Notes: generated from the letters alone by a model not told the origin. A stretch of DNA of 64,000 nt from an uncultured Ruminococcus sp. (GCA_902782445.1 CACZNC010000008.1:32630-96629), one strand, 5' to 3'. Positions 29,866 through 40,441 are shown, counted from the first letter of the stretch. A program made the numbers and translations.

Positions 29866-30411
29866 TTAGTATCCTTTTGCGCCGGAGATGGAAACGGTTT
29901 TCGTCTCATCGTCGTATCCGACATGGAAATCCAGCGCTTTTCCGAGATCCCGGAGCTTGAAGTAGTTCGCGCCGCCGATCTTGAAAACCGTCAGCGTCAC
30001 GGACTCCCCGTCGATGAAGATCCCGTTGTTGGTCGGACTTGCGGAGGCTGTCTCCGCAGCCGCGCCGGTCAGTTCCCCGCCGATTGCCTCATAGGACTTG
30101 CCGGTGGTGATCGAAATGCTCTTCGTCACGTCGTCGTAGTCCACGGCAAACTGTTTTTCACTGCCGTTCAGCATCATGGCCACGTCCCGCAGCTTGAAGT
30201 AATTGTTTCCCATGATCTTGTAGACGGCGGGACGAACGAGATGCGCGTCGGGCTCATTGGCGATGTCGCTCACGACGATCGCGTCGTTCGTTGCCCCGGC
30301 AAAAAGGGGAAGCCCTTCGCATATCTCTTCTCCGGCGGCTGAGACCGGAACGAGAAGCACCGCGCATACGGCCAGCGTCAGCACAAATGTGAATATCTTT
30401 TTCATCATCAT
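29866..30411 (-). CDS. Secreted protein with two copper-amine-oxidase-N/stalk-like repeats
   Basis: Signal peptide; twice (Y/F)KI.G.NYFKLRD...V.YDD.TK...I. Confidence 0.8.
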   Translation of the reverse strand: MMMKKIFTFVLTLAVCAVLLVPVSAAGEEICEGLPLFAGATNDAIVVSDIANEPDAHLVRPAVYKIMGNNYFKLRDVAMMLNGSEKQFAVDYDDVTKSISITTGKSYEAIGGELTGAAAETASASPTNNGIFIDGESVTLTVFKIGGANYFKLRDLGKALDFHVGYDDETKTVSISGAKGY

Positions 30412-30494
30412 TCACCCCCTGAATCTGTCAGCGCGCCGATAAGAACGGCGGATTCGTTTCGCGGTCGATCAGCATACAGACAGACGCCGTCCCA

Positions 30495-30614
30495 TGCGCT
30501 GACCTTGAGCCCGGTGTGCTCCGTCACATAACCCTTGATCTCCGGATATGCCGTCTTTTCTCGTATTTCGTCAGATCCAGCCCGCTCATGTTCAGCCACA
30601 CTTCGATATGAGGT
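30495..30614 (-). pseudogene. Decayed RlmD C-terminal extension
   Basis: Across frameshifts reads SKPHIEVWLNMSGLDLTKYEK / KTAYPEIKGYVTEHTGLKVS. Confidence 0.6.
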
Positions 30615-31787
30615 TTACTGTTTCAGTTTGGACAATAAACATATCGTCTCGACATGATATGTCCCCGGGAACAGATCCACCGGCTGGATGGCGGTGACGC
30701 GGAAGTTCTGCCGCAGGACCGCAAGGTCCCTGGCCAGGGTTTCGGGATTGCAGGAGATATAGACCAGCTTATCCGGGGAGGCTTTCATGACGGCGGAGAG
30801 GAAGCGTCTGTCGCAGCCGGCCCGCGGGGGATCGGCGAAAATGACGTCGTACCGGCCGTCGGCTTCCGATGCGGGAAACGATCCGTCCCTCCGTTCCGTG
30901 AAGCGCGCGTTTTTGATCCCGTTCTGCTCCACGTTCTTCGCGGCGAACCGGACGGCGTCCGCGCTGACGTCGAATCCGTCGAGGGAGGCGCATCCCCCCT
31001 TCGCCGCCGTGATCCCCACCGTCCCGATGCCGCAGTAGGCGTCAAGGATGCGCGAAGATTCTTTGACCTCCGCGAACTCCGCCGCCTTCCGGTAGAGGAT
31101 CTCGGTCGCCGCGGGGTTGATCTGATAGAACGCCTTCGCGGGGACCATGAAGCGGCATCCGCAGAGCTCGTCCGTGAGGTATCCTTCCCCATAGAGGACC
31201 GTCTCGTCCCCGTTCATGAAGAGAGGAGTGTCCGAATCGTTCCCGATCACCGAGACGGAGACCAGCGAGGGGTGTCTCCGGGTCAGTTCCTTCACGAATT
31301 CCTCCGCCCGGGGGAACAGGCCGTCCCGGGTCACGATCGCGCAGAGGATCTCGCCCGTCCTGAATCCCCGGCGCACCATGACGTGGCGCAGATCCCCCCT
31401 CCGTCCGTCCCACACTCTGAGCCCGAACGGGTCGATCAGTTTCCGCACCGTGCGGACCACCGAAAAGAGCTCCGGCGACTCCATCGGACAGCGGTCCACC
31501 CGGGTCAGACCCCCGTCGGAGGAACGGTACAGCCCCATGTTCACCCGTCCGCCGTTGTACGCGAACAGGACCTGCGTCTTGTTGCGGTACCCCGTCGGAC
31601 GGCTTCCCTCCTCGCAGGGGGACGGCAGGATCTCCTCCACCCTCCCGAACGGTTTGAGCAGGGAGATGAGCTTCCGCATTTTCAGGGAAAGCTCCTCCTC
31701 GTAGTCCATGTTCAATGTCTGGCACGCGCCGCAGCGTCCGAACGCGGGGCAGGTCTCCGGGACGGCGTCTTCGTTCCGATGCTTCAT
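30615..31787 (-). CDS. rlmD: 23S rRNA (uracil-C5)-methyltransferase RlmD/RumA
   Basis: CPAFGRCGAC, AFYQIN, DAYCGIG, DPPRAG, YISCNP, DLFPGTYHVE; AAGGAG RBS. Confidence 0.93.
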   Translation of the reverse strand: MKHRNEDAVPETCPAFGRCGACQTLNMDYEEELSLKMRKLISLLKPFGRVEEILPSPCEEGSRPTGYRNKTQVLFAYNGGRVNMGLYRSSDGGLTRVDRCPMESPELFSVVRTVRKLIDPFGLRVWDGRRGDLRHVMVRRGFRTGEILCAIVTRDGLFPRAEEFVKELTRRHPSLVSVSVIGNDSDTPLFMNGDETVLYGEGYLTDELCGCRFMVPAKAFYQINPAATEILYRKAAEFAEVKESSRILDAYCGIGTVGITAAKGGCASLDGFDVSADAVRFAAKNVEQNGIKNARFTERRDGSFPASEADGRYDVIFADPPRAGCDRRFLSAVMKASPDKLVYISCNPETLARDLAVLRQNFRVTAIQPVDLFPGTYHVETICLLSKLKQ

Positions 31788-31896
31788 TCCGTTCTCTCCT
31801 TCTTTTGAAAAATCCCCCGAACCCTTCCGGGCAAGGGGGATGCTGTTTTGTCTGCTGTGTTTGTCCAGGGACTTCGGTTTCTCCGCGCGGGGCCCG

Positions 31897-32808
31897 TCAG
31901 TCCGCGAGCTCCGCCGCAAGCCGGCAGAAATCCGCCGCGGAAAGCCTTTCACCGCGGATATCCGTCCTCATGCCGCAGGATTCGAGGGCAGCCGCGGTCT
32001 TTTCCTTCGGGTATTTCGCACTCAGCGCGTTGACGAGGGTCTTCCGCCTCTGCCCGAATGCCGCTTCGATCAGTCCGCCGACCTGGACGGAGAACCGGGC
32101 AAGATCTTCGGGAGCGTCGGGGTAAACCTCCCGGATCCCTCCGTGGGGCACGATCCCCACCACCGAGGAGGAGACCTTCGGCGCGGGCAGGAAATTCCCC
32201 GGTCCCACTTCGAAGAGCTTTTCCACCCGGCACCGGAGGGCGAGTGACGCGGAGATCGAACCGTAATCCGCCGATCCCGCGCTTGCCGCCAGTCTCCGCG
32301 CGACCTCCGTCTGCACCATGACGGTGAGGGAGGAGAACGGAAGGGGACGGTCCGGCGGGAAACTCTCCACCAGCTTCATGATGACGGGGGTCGTGATGTA
32401 GTAGGGCAGATTCGCGCATACGCTCACCGTCCCGCCGGAGGCAGTCAGATCCCCGAACCGCTCTTCGAGAAAGGCGGGGAGGTCCAGCTCCATGAAATCG
32501 GCTTCGACGACCTCCACGTTTTCGTATTCCCCGAGCGCTTCGCCGAGCAGAGGGATCAGCCCCCGGTCGATCTCCACCGAGACCACCCTGTCGTACTCCC
32601 GGGCAAGGAACTGGGTCAGCGCGCCGACTCCCGGGCCGATCTCGAGCACCCCGGCCGGACGGTCCTTCGGCGCATATCCGCGGGAACAGGCCGCGATCCG
32701 CTCGGGAACGGAGGCATTGATGAGGAAATTCTGTCCGAATCCCTTCCGGGGTGCGAGGCCGTACTTGTCGAGGAGGGAGCGGACGGTCGTCAGGCTGCAG
32801 AGATCCAT
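31897..32808 (-). CDS. rsmA: 16S rRNA dimethyltransferase RsmA/KsgA
   Basis: GQNFL, LEIGPGVGALT, ANLPYYITTP, PAPKVSS. Confidence 0.95.
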   Translation of the reverse strand: MDLCSLTTVRSLLDKYGLAPRKGFGQNFLINASVPERIAACSRGYAPKDRPAGVLEIGPGVGALTQFLAREYDRVVSVEIDRGLIPLLGEALGEYENVEVVEADFMELDLPAFLEERFGDLTASGGTVSVCANLPYYITTPVIMKLVESFPPDRPLPFSSLTVMVQTEVARRLAASAGSADYGSISASLALRCRVEKLFEVGPGNFLPAPKVSSSVVGIVPHGGIREVYPDAPEDLARFSVQVGGLIEAAFGQRRKTLVNALSAKYPKEKTAAALESCGMRTDIRGERLSAADFCRLAAELAD

Positions 32809-32811
32809 CGT

Positions 32812-33693
32812 TCAGCGGATCACGGAGACGGCGTATCCCACCGAATACTCCTCGTCCGGCTGGATGGACTTGTGGTATTTCTTGCTCTTCGCGTCGGTGG
32901 TCTCGGCCACGTCGGCGGGCAGTCCGTTCCAGGGCTCGAGGCAGATGAACGGGGAGTGCTTGTGATCGGGGGTCCAGAGCCCGAGAGCGTCAAAGCCTTC
33001 GAAATCGAAGCGGAATCCGTTCCCGCTCACCCGGGAGACCAGTTTCACGGACTTGACGGGAAGATCCTCGAGGATGATCGCGTCGTTGTCGTAGTCGGAC
33101 CAAACCAGGGGCAGTTCGTTTGTGCCCTTCAGGATGTCGAGCTTCGGCACTTCGGCGTTCATGTAGCCGTCCTTCGTGATCGACGCCGTGCAGCCCTCCG
33201 CGTTCTCGAAATACAGGCTGTGGTCCTCGAATCCGCCGTCTTCGGGGGTCAAGGGGCAGTTGAATCCCGGATGGCCGCCGATGCAGAAGGTCATTTCGTT
33301 CCGGTCGAGATTCTTCACGGTGAATTTCGCCGAGAAGCCCTCCTCGGTCAGTTCGTATTCCGCTTTCAGGGAATAGCAGAAGGGGAACATCTTGAGGGTC
33401 TCTTCGGTCTCGCGCTGTTCGAGCACGACCTTGGTCTTGCCGATGTAGACGGGCTCGAATTCGCGCTTTCTGGCGATACCGTGCTTGGGCATGGGATATT
33501 CCGTGCCGTCGAAGGCGATCTTGCCGTCCTTCGCGGAGCAGCAGACCGGGAACAGGATGGGAGCCTGTCCGTTCCAGTGCTCGGGATTGCCCTGCCAGAC
33601 ATATTCGATGCCGTCGCGGAGGTAGGAGATCAGTTCCCCCCCGTAGGTCCGGACGACGGCGGAAGCCTTTCCGTTGGTCAGCGTGATGGTCAT
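32812..33693 (-). CDS. Aldose 1-epimerase family protein (LacX-like)
   Basis: WQGNP..W.GQAPILFP, KHGIAR, IGGHPGF, FICLEPW. Confidence 0.9.
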   Translation of the reverse strand: MTITLTNGKASAVVRTYGGELISYLRDGIEYVWQGNPEHWNGQAPILFPVCCSAKDGKIAFDGTEYPMPKHGIARKREFEPVYIGKTKVVLEQRETEETLKMFPFCYSLKAEYELTEEGFSAKFTVKNLDRNEMTFCIGGHPGFNCPLTPEDGGFEDHSLYFENAEGCTASITKDGYMNAEVPKLDILKGTNELPLVWSDYDNDAIILEDLPVKSVKLVSRVSGNGFRFDFEGFDALGLWTPDHKHSPFICLEPWNGLPADVAETTDAKSKKYHKSIQPDEEYSVGYAVSVIR

Positions 33694-33744
33694 GATGAAA
33701 TCCTCCGAATCAGATTTGGTTTGAACGGGACGGACGGTTTTATA

Positions 33745-35148
33745 TCAGAATTCCAGCTTTTCGTCGATATAGGCGGCGACTTCGGAGATGGGCATACGGA
33801 CCTGTTCCATCGTGTCGCGGTCGCGGACGGTGACGCAGTTGTCCTCCACGGAATCGAAGTCGTAGCAGATGCAGAAGGGCGTGCCGATCTCGTCCTGACG
33901 GCGGTACCGCTTGCCGATGGAGCCCGCGTCGTCGAATTCGACGTTGTATTTCTTCGAAAGCTCCGTGAAGAGCTCGCCCGCCTTGTCGCTCAGCTTCTTC
34001 GAGAGGGGCAGGACTGCAGCCTTGACGGGAGCGAGAGCCGGATGCAGGTGCAGGACCACGCGCACGTCGTTCTTTTCGGGATCGACGATCTCCTCGTCGT
34101 AGGCGTCGCAGAGGAAGGCAAGGGCGACGCGGTCCGCTCCGAGGGAGGGTTCCACGACATAGGGGATGTATTTCTCGCCGGATTCCGCGTCGAAATATTC
34201 CATCGACTCGCCGGAGGTGTTCTGATGCTGGGTCAGGTCGTAGTCCGTGCGGTCCGCGATGCCCCAGAGCTCGCCCCATCCGAAGGGGAAGAGGAATTCG
34301 ATGTCGGTCGTGCCCTTGGAGTAGAAGCAGAGTTCCTCGGGATCGTGGTCGCGGAGACGGAGATTTTCCTTTGTCATGCCGAGGGAGTAGAGGAAGTTCG
34401 CGCAGTAGGTCCGCCAGTAGTTGAACCATTCGAGGTCGGTGCCGGGCTTGCAGAAAAATTCCAGTTCCATCTGCTCGAATTCGCGGGTGCGGAACACAAA
34501 GTTGCCGGGGGTGATCTCGTTGCGGAAGGACTTGCCGATCTGACCGATCCCGAAGGGCATCTTCTTCCGGGAGGTGCGGGCGACGTTCTTGAAGTTGACG
34601 AAAATGCCCTGCGCCGTCTCGGGACGCAGATACACGGTGTTCGAGGAGTCCTCGGTCACGCCGATGAAGGTCTTGAACATCAGATTGAACTTGCGGATGG
34701 GGGTGAAGTCCTCCGCGCCGCAGTCCGGGCGGGCGATGTGGTTGTCTTTGATATACGCGCTCATCTCCTCGTCGGTCCATCCCGCGGGATTGATATCCAG
34801 ATTGTTTTTGAACGCGTAGTCCTCGATCAGCTTGTCCGCGCGGTGACGGGCTTTGCAGGCGCGGCAGTCCATGAGGGGATCGGAGAATCCGCCGAGGTGA
34901 CCGGACGCCACCCAGGTCTGCGGGTTCATGATGATCGCGGAATCGAGACCGACGTTGTAGGGGCATTCGGTGACGAATTTCTTCCACCAGGCCTTTTTGA
35001 CGTTGTTCTTGAATTCCACGCCGAGGGGGCCGTAGTCCCAGGAATTGGACAGGCCGCCGTAGATCTCGGAGCCGGCGTACACAAAGCCTCTGTTCTTGCA
35101 CAGGGCGACGATCTTATCCATGGTCTTCGCTTCGTTGGACATACGCAT
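33745..35148 (-). CDS. glyQS: Glycine--tRNA ligase (homodimeric type)
   Basis: [47 protein letters not shown]. Confidence 0.97.
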   Translation of the reverse strand: MRMSNEAKTMDKIVALCKNRGFVYAGSEIYGGLSNSWDYGPLGVEFKNNVKKAWWKKFVTECPYNVGLDSAIIMNPQTWVASGHLGGFSDPLMDCRACKARHRADKLIEDYAFKNNLDINPAGWTDEEMSAYIKDNHIARPDCGAEDFTPIRKFNLMFKTFIGVTEDSSNTVYLRPETAQGIFVNFKNVARTSRKKMPFGIGQIGKSFRNEITPGNFVFRTREFEQMELEFFCKPGTDLEWFNYWRTYCANFLYSLGMTKENLRLRDHDPEELCFYSKGTTDIEFLFPFGWGELWGIADRTDYDLTQHQNTSGESMEYFDAESGEKYIPYVVEPSLGADRVALAFLCDAYDEEIVDPEKNDVRVVLHLHPALAPVKAAVLPLSKKLSDKAGELFTELSKKYNVEFDDAGSIGKRYRRQDEIGTPFCICYDFDSVEDNCVTVRDRDTMEQVRMPISEVAAYIDEKLEF

Positions 35149-35201
35149 ATCGGATATACCTTCCTTCGTGTAGAATGGATGATGGACGGGTTGGGGCGCG
35201 T

Positions 35202-36635
35202 TTACGGATTGACGGCGGCGGCTGTCCGGTAGGGGAGGAAGAGGTCGAGGCCGTCTTTCAGCCGCACGTGATAGGTCTCGCCGGAATCCGCGGACGCGGG
35301 GGTATAGGTGCAGGGATAGGTGATGTTGACGCTGTCGAACCGGGTGACTGCCGTCAGCATGGGATAGGATTCCCTGAAATTCTCCGTATTGCAGTCGGTT
35401 TCGAGGATGGCTCCTGCGGGTTCCGCGAGGGGGGAGATCCAGAGGGGCGTCGTGTCGGCCTCGGTCTCCTTCTCATTCTCTCCCTCCGCGGGCTTCCACG
35501 TTGAGACGTCTCCGACGGGCGTGGGATCGAAGGGCAGGTCCGGGTCGATCTCGACGGGCTGTTCTTCGGCAGGAGGCTCTTCTTCGGGGGTCTTCTCTTC
35601 TCCGCCCTCCGGTTCCTCTCCGTCTTCGGGCGATTCCGCGGGCGCTTCCGTCTCGGGAGGCTCGTAGCCTTCGACGTTCTTCCAGTTCTCCCGTTCGGTG
35701 GAGAGCAGCACGAAGAGGGTCGCCGCCTCCTCGTCCCCCGCCTCGACCAGTTTGGCGATGTACGCACGGACGATATCGAGGACGTATTTCTGCTTGGCGT
35801 CCCGGTCCGCTTCCGTGTGCTCGGTGACGGTGCTCAGGATATAGAGCTTTTCGGCGTCCAGCTCGCTTTCCCCCGCTCCGAAGATCCACTGGTTCGGGAC
35901 GTGCTCCGTCCAGGGATAGCCGTCGTCCCCGATCCGCTCCACCGGCGTGTCGTAGTTCATCGTGTATTCCTTGCCGTCGGAATAGACGTCCCGGGGCAGG
36001 GTCACGGTCACATTGCCGAGGATCTCGGTCAGATCGTCGAAGTGACAGCCGTCGATCACCGCGGTGTAGTGGATCTTCAACCCGGTCATGGCGTTGACGT
36101 ACTCCGCGAGGCTGGCGGTCCCGTAATACCGGTAGATCTCGGAGAGGGTGCGGAATCCGGCCGGGGTGTAGACCTGCATTTCGGGGGTAAAATAGGTGTA
36201 GACGTACTGCTGTTTCTCCCGGTCGGCGCGCACCAGCACGATGGAGGTGGCGTTGATGTCCCGGAACTTAGCCGAGAGCAGGCCGATGGCGGGGATGGCG
36301 TCCGTCATATCCTTCGTCCTTTCCGCGACGGTCTCGGCGGAAGGGCGGTAATTGTCATAGAGATCGGGACGGTAGTCCGTCGTCACGAGGAGGAGATTGA
36401 AGCTCTTCCCTTCCGGCAGATCCTCGGCAGGAGGCGCGTCGGGGACTTCGGCGGGCGTCGTTTCTTCGTTCGGCCCTCCCTCGGCGGATATGATTTCGTC
36501 CAGTTCGTTCTTCTCGTCGTCCAGAATGCTGTTGACCGTATTCGATACGAACAGGGTGGCGAAATACGCGATCACCCCGAACAGCAGCGCTGAAATCAGA
36601 AAGGTCACGCCGAAATTCTTCAAAGCGGACAGCAT
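35202..36635 (-). CDS. LCP (LytR-CpsA-Psr) family protein
   Basis: N-terminal TM; [41 protein letters not shown]. Confidence 0.7.
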   Translation of the reverse strand: MLSALKNFGVTFLISALLFGVIAYFATLFVSNTVNSILDDEKNELDEIISAEGGPNEETTPAEVPDAPPAEDLPEGKSFNLLLVTTDYRPDLYDNYRPSAETVAERTKDMTDAIPAIGLLSAKFRDINATSIVLVRADREKQQYVYTYFTPEMQVYTPAGFRTLSEIYRYYGTASLAEYVNAMTGLKIHYTAVIDGCHFDDLTEILGNVTVTLPRDVYSDGKEYTMNYDTPVERIGDDGYPWTEHVPNQWIFGAGESELDAEKLYILSTVTEHTEADRDAKQKYVLDIVRAYIAKLVEAGDEEAATLFVLLSTERENWKNVEGYEPPETEAPAESPEDGEEPEGGEEKTPEEEPPAEEQPVEIDPDLPFDPTPVGDVSTWKPAEGENEKETEADTTPLWISPLAEPAGAILETDCNTENFRESYPMLTAVTRFDSVNITYPCTYTPASADSGETYHVRLKDGLDLFLPYRTAAAVNP

Positions 36636-36832
36636 GGCGGCACTTTCCTTTCGTTCGGATATTCTTTTTTATTATACATGAGTACCGGCGAAATTGCAAG
36701 TGTCAATTTGCTGCAAGCCGTGAATTATCCGCAGGGATTCTGTGTCGGAAATGATAAAAAAGCGCCGCGTCCCCCTCTTCTCCGGAAAGGAACGCGGAAA
36801 AAGCGCGGTTTTGTTTTATAGGAGCCCCGCCC

Positions 36833-37894
36833 TTAGAGCGTGAGCGGAAGGATCCCGTACCGCCCGCCGAGGGACGCGGAGACGCTCTTCTCAAAGGGCG
36901 TGTGCCCGATCAGCCGGAAGACCTCCGCCGTGAGATCGACGAGCTCCCCCTGCCCGGGATCCCCGCCGTCCCGACGCATGAGAGCGAATCCCCCGACCAA
37001 ATAAATCCGCTTCAGGGCATAGGCCGCAGCGAGGGACGCCCAGGTTTCCCGCCGGGAGACGCCGAGATAGGGGAACTGAGTGAAAAACATGTGGTTGACG
37101 AGGACCTGCTCGGCAAACCGCTCCCATGCGGGGATCCGGTGCTCGAAATCCGCGGCGTCCTCCTCCCATTTCCCGGAATCCTCCCCGTACCGGGCGGCGA
37201 TTGCCGTTCCCTTTTCCCGGATGCTGTCACTCCGGTCGGCGTAATAGCGGAGCATCCCGACGGCGGAAGCGGGTTCTTCGTGCGGCTCTCCGGGCAGCCC
37301 GAGTGGGGCGCGGAGGGAAAGGATCCGTTCCTCCACCTTTTGGCTCCGATCCTGCATCAGGCGGATCAGGGAGAAGCGGAATTCTTCGTCGGGGGTCATT
37401 CCTTCCAGTGAACGCGGGGAACTGGGGGACGGGGGCGGGACGACAGCCAGCGCGCAGGTGCCGAACCGCATGGGCTCTTTTTCATCCCACAGCAGCTCGA
37501 GAGTCCTTTCGCAGCTGTTCGACGCGGAGCACTCATACCGTCCCTCCCAGATCCGCACGCCCCGGGGATAGAGGCGGCAGACGTCGGAGAGCGCGTCTTC
37601 CCCCAGTTCGGCCTGAATGGAGCACCGTCCGTCCTCCATCCGCATGGGGCAGTCCCCGAGCCAGTTGGGGGTGAAACGGGCGTATTCCTCCTCCGTGGGA
37701 TGATCCGCCAGCCGGAGAGCGACGTCGAGCCGGTCCCGCAGTTCCTTCCGGCAGGGGAGGCCGAGGAGGGTGAAATAATTTTTCATGGACACGGACACCG
37801 GCCATCCGACGCAGCAGGCGGACCGGCATGCGCCCATTTTGCACCTGAATCGGGGGAGGTAATCCGGTGCGAAGAATTCCGTTTTCGCGCTCAT
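36833..37894 (-). CDS. FliB-like (flagellin lysine-N-methylase family) protein
   Basis: PDY..RFRCKMGACRSACCVGW, CPM..DGRCSIQ, VCRLYPR, NSCE. Confidence 0.8.
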   Translation of the reverse strand: MSAKTEFFAPDYLPRFRCKMGACRSACCVGWPVSVSMKNYFTLLGLPCRKELRDRLDVALRLADHPTEEEYARFTPNWLGDCPMRMEDGRCSIQAELGEDALSDVCRLYPRGVRIWEGRYECSASNSCERTLELLWDEKEPMRFGTCALAVVPPPSPSSPRSLEGMTPDEEFRFSLIRLMQDRSQKVEERILSLRAPLGLPGEPHEEPASAVGMLRYYADRSDSIREKGTAIAARYGEDSGKWEEDAADFEHRIPAWERFAEQVLVNHMFFTQFPYLGVSRRETWASLAAAYALKRIYLVGGFALMRRDGGDPGQGELVDLTAEVFRLIGHTPFEKSVSASLGGRYGILPLTL

Positions 37895-37921
37895 TTGGAG
37901 AGGCCTCGGTTCTTTTCAGAC

Positions 37922-37950
37922 TTGAAAACGCCGCCGCTCCGTGGTATAAT
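37922..37950 (+). promoter_or_regulatory. Sigma-A promoter for queH
   Basis: TTGAAA-17-TATAAT with extended TG. Confidence 0.65.
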
Positions 37951-37982
37951 GACGGCACAGAGAAGAAAAGGGGGACGGCGGT

Positions 37983-38624
37983 ATGGTGAATTACGCGAAA
38001 CTGTTCGAGGAAGAGGCGGCAAGGGCTCTGGCGTCCGGGAGGAAACCACGGCTCCTGCTCCACGCCTGCTGCGCTCCCTGCTCGTCCCGCTGTCTCGAGG
38101 TGCTGGACGGGATCTACGAGATCACGGTATACTTTTACAATCCGAACATCGCGCCGGAAAAGGAATATCAGTTCCGGCTGTCGGAACTCCGGCGGTTTGT
38201 CGGGGAGGCGGGTTACAGAGAAGTCGCAGTAGACGCGCCCGACTATAATCCCGCGCCGTTCGAAGAGATGGCGAAGGGGCTCGAAGCGCTTCCCGAGGGG
38301 GGCGAACGTTGCCGGAGATGCTATGAACTCCGGCTGAGAAAGACGGCGGAAGCGGCCCTCTCCGGGGGATTCGACGCCTTCACGACGACCCTGTCGATCT
38401 CCCCCCATAAGAACGCGGTCTGGCTGAACGAGATCGGGCTCGCGCTGGGAGAGGAGTTCGGGGTCCCGTGGCTCTGCTCGGATTTCAAGAAGAAGGACGG
38501 CTACAAGCGTTCCATCGAGCTTTCGGCGGAATACGGGCTTTACCGTCAGGATTACTGCGGATGCCGGTTCAGCCGGGCGGAGCGGGAGCGGATCAAACGG
38601 GAACGGGAAGGATCGGGGAACTGA
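37983..38624 (+). CDS. queH: Epoxyqueuosine reductase QueH
   Basis: LLLHACCAPCS, YNPNI, RCRRCY, TTLSISPHK, YRQDYCGC. Confidence 0.93.
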   Translation: MVNYAKLFEEEAARALASGRKPRLLLHACCAPCSSRCLEVLDGIYEITVYFYNPNIAPEKEYQFRLSELRRFVGEAGYREVAVDAPDYNPAPFEEMAKGLEALPEGGERCRRCYELRLRKTAEAALSGGFDAFTTTLSISPHKNAVWLNEIGLALGEEFGVPWLCSDFKKKDGYKRSIELSAEYGLYRQDYCGCRFSRAERERIKREREGSGN

Positions 38625-38635
38625 GCTTCCCTTTT

Positions 38636-39310
38636 CTATTCCGCCCGGAAGACTGCCCGTTCCAGCTCTTCCGGGGTGGAGACGACCTCGTCCGCGCCGT
38701 TTTCCCAGAGCACGGAGGCGGGACGGTAACCCCAGGAGACCCCGAGGGCGCAGATCCCCGCGTTCTTCGCCGTCTGCATGTCGACGTGGGAATCGCCGAT
38801 GAAGACGAATTCCGAAAGCGGCACTCCGAACCGGTCCGCGATGGCGCAGGTTCCGGCGGGATCCGGCTTCGGCGGGCAGTGACCGTCCCCGAGGATGAAA
38901 TCGAAGAGCCCCGGCAGGAGTTTTTCCACCATCCCGACGGCGTGCTCGTGCTCCTTGTTGGTATGGACCGCCAGCTTCATTCCGCTCTCCTTCATCCGCC
39001 GGATCACGGGTTCGAGGCCTTCGTAGACCGTAGTATGGTCGCAGTAATGCAGGGCGTAGATGTCGGTGTAGTCGGCGAGGCAGCGGTCGAGAAGATCCTC
39101 GTCCCGGGATACCTCCTCGGGCAGTCCTCCCCGGACCCATTCCCGCACGCCGTCGTTGACGTGACGGTAGAGCTCGGCGTCCGTGCGTTCGGGCCATCCG
39201 TGATTTTTCAGCATGGCGTTGAGGCTGGCTTTGAGATCCGGGTAGGTGTAGCAGAGCGTTCCGTCGAGGTCGAACACCGCGGCGCGGAACCGGGGAGAGG
39301 ATTCTTGCAT
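38636..39310 (-). CDS. HAD-IA hydrolase (phosphoglycolate phosphatase-like)
   Basis: FDLDGTL, TNK, KPDP, IGDS.VD. Confidence 0.9.
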   Translation of the reverse strand: MQESSPRFRAAVFDLDGTLCYTYPDLKASLNAMLKNHGWPERTDAELYRHVNDGVREWVRGGLPEEVSRDEDLLDRCLADYTDIYALHYCDHTTVYEGLEPVIRRMKESGMKLAVHTNKEHEHAVGMVEKLLPGLFDFILGDGHCPPKPDPAGTCAIADRFGVPLSEFVFIGDSHVDMQTAKNAGICALGVSWGYRPASVLWENGADEVVSTPEELERAVFRAE

Positions 39311-39347
39311 GGTACTGCCTTTCTTGTCGGGGATAGGGGTACGGATT

Positions 39348-40142
39348 TCAGACGGTGAGCACCCGGATCCCGCGTTCTCCGAGGGCTTCGAGTTCGGCGG
39401 CGGGGGCTTCGGCTTCCGTAACGAGGGTGGAGATTTCCTCCGCAGGGCAGATCTGCTCGACAGATTCGACGCCGATCTTTTCCGCCGGGTAGAGGGCGAC
39501 GACTTCCCTCGCCTGCGCGATCACGAGACGGGTGAGCGTGACGTTTCTTCCGTTCTGCACCGACATGCCGAATCCAGCGGACAGCGCGGCGGAGGTGAGG
39601 AAAGCCTTGTCAAAGCGGAGCCGTTTCAGGGCCGAGAGGGTGAAATCGTCGTAGAAATTGCCGTTCTCCTCCATTTCACCGCCTGTGACGAAGACCCGGA
39701 TGTTCTTCTTGGTTCTGAGTTCTTCGGCGACGGCGGAAGAATTCGTGACAACCGTGCACCGCAGAGATTCGGGGATCTCCCGCGCGAGCAGCCACCCCAT
39801 GCTGGCGGAGGTGACGAAAACGACTTCTTCCTCCCCGATCATCCCGGCAGCCTTCCCGGCGATTTTCCGGTAATTCTCGCGGATCTCGGCGCAGCGTTCG
39901 CGGGAGGTGAGCGGGTGGATATCCGGGGAATAGCCCACGGACGGAACTCCGGCTGGAACGGCACCGGCATGGGTGCGGCGGACAAGTCCTTTCCCGGCCA
40001 TTTCATCGAGGTCGTTCCGGGCGGTGCCGTATCCCACGCCGAATTTCCGCTGGATGAGAGAGGTGGTGATCCGCCCCTCCGTCTCCACGATTTTCAAAAT
40101 GGCGTTCTGACGTTCTTCCTTGAACATGGTATCTTCCATCAT
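39348..40142 (-). CDS. DeoR/GlpR-family transcriptional regulator
   Basis: MFKEERQNAIL...TARNDL...RTHAGA, VVTNS, FDKAF; AGGAGG RBS before ATG 40142. Confidence 0.92.
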   Translation of the reverse strand: MMEDTMFKEERQNAILKIVETEGRITTSLIQRKFGVGYGTARNDLDEMAGKGLVRRTHAGAVPAGVPSVGYSPDIHPLTSRERCAEIRENYRKIAGKAAGMIGEEEVVFVTSASMGWLLAREIPESLRCTVVTNSSAVAEELRTKKNIRVFVTGGEMEENGNFYDDFTLSALKRLRFDKAFLTSAALSAGFGMSVQNGRNVTLTRLVIAQAREVVALYPAEKIGVESVEQICPAEEISTLVTEAEAPAAELEALGERGIRVLTV

Positions 40143-40210
40143 TTTGTCCTCCTGTACAGGTTCATGCAGTTTCATGACGTTTTTTTGAGGTATTCGGTGT
40201 TTCAAACTGC

Positions 40211-40239
40211 ATTATACTGTATTTCGAGGGCTTTGTCAA
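40211..40239 (-). promoter_or_regulatory. Perfect sigma-A promoter
   Basis: TTGACA-17-TATAAT. Confidence 0.8.
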
Positions 40240-40441
40240 TGATGTTTCATAAATTTTACTGTCGTTTTATGAAGTTTTTTTCGTTTCATGCCGATCTGTT
40301 CCTGCTGTCCATCGGAAGGGCGGACCCGAGGGAAACTGACGGCATGGAGCCGGACGATGCGGACGCCGTTTTTTCCCGGACATTATACCACAGGCCCCGC
40401 GCCGCTGTCAACACGCAGGATCCGATCCCTTTTCCAGGGCG

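Noticed and set aside
35149-35201. T-box leader before glyQS
   Set aside because: Only ~50 nt separate it from the upstream LCP gene, and no T-box sequence is visible.
32872-35232. Very long antisense ORFs (e.g. 32872-35232 +, 40487-43114 +, 52224-53870 -, 987-2372 +)
   Set aside because: Shadow frames of well-supported genes, expected from high GC3 codon bias; no motifs or RBS.
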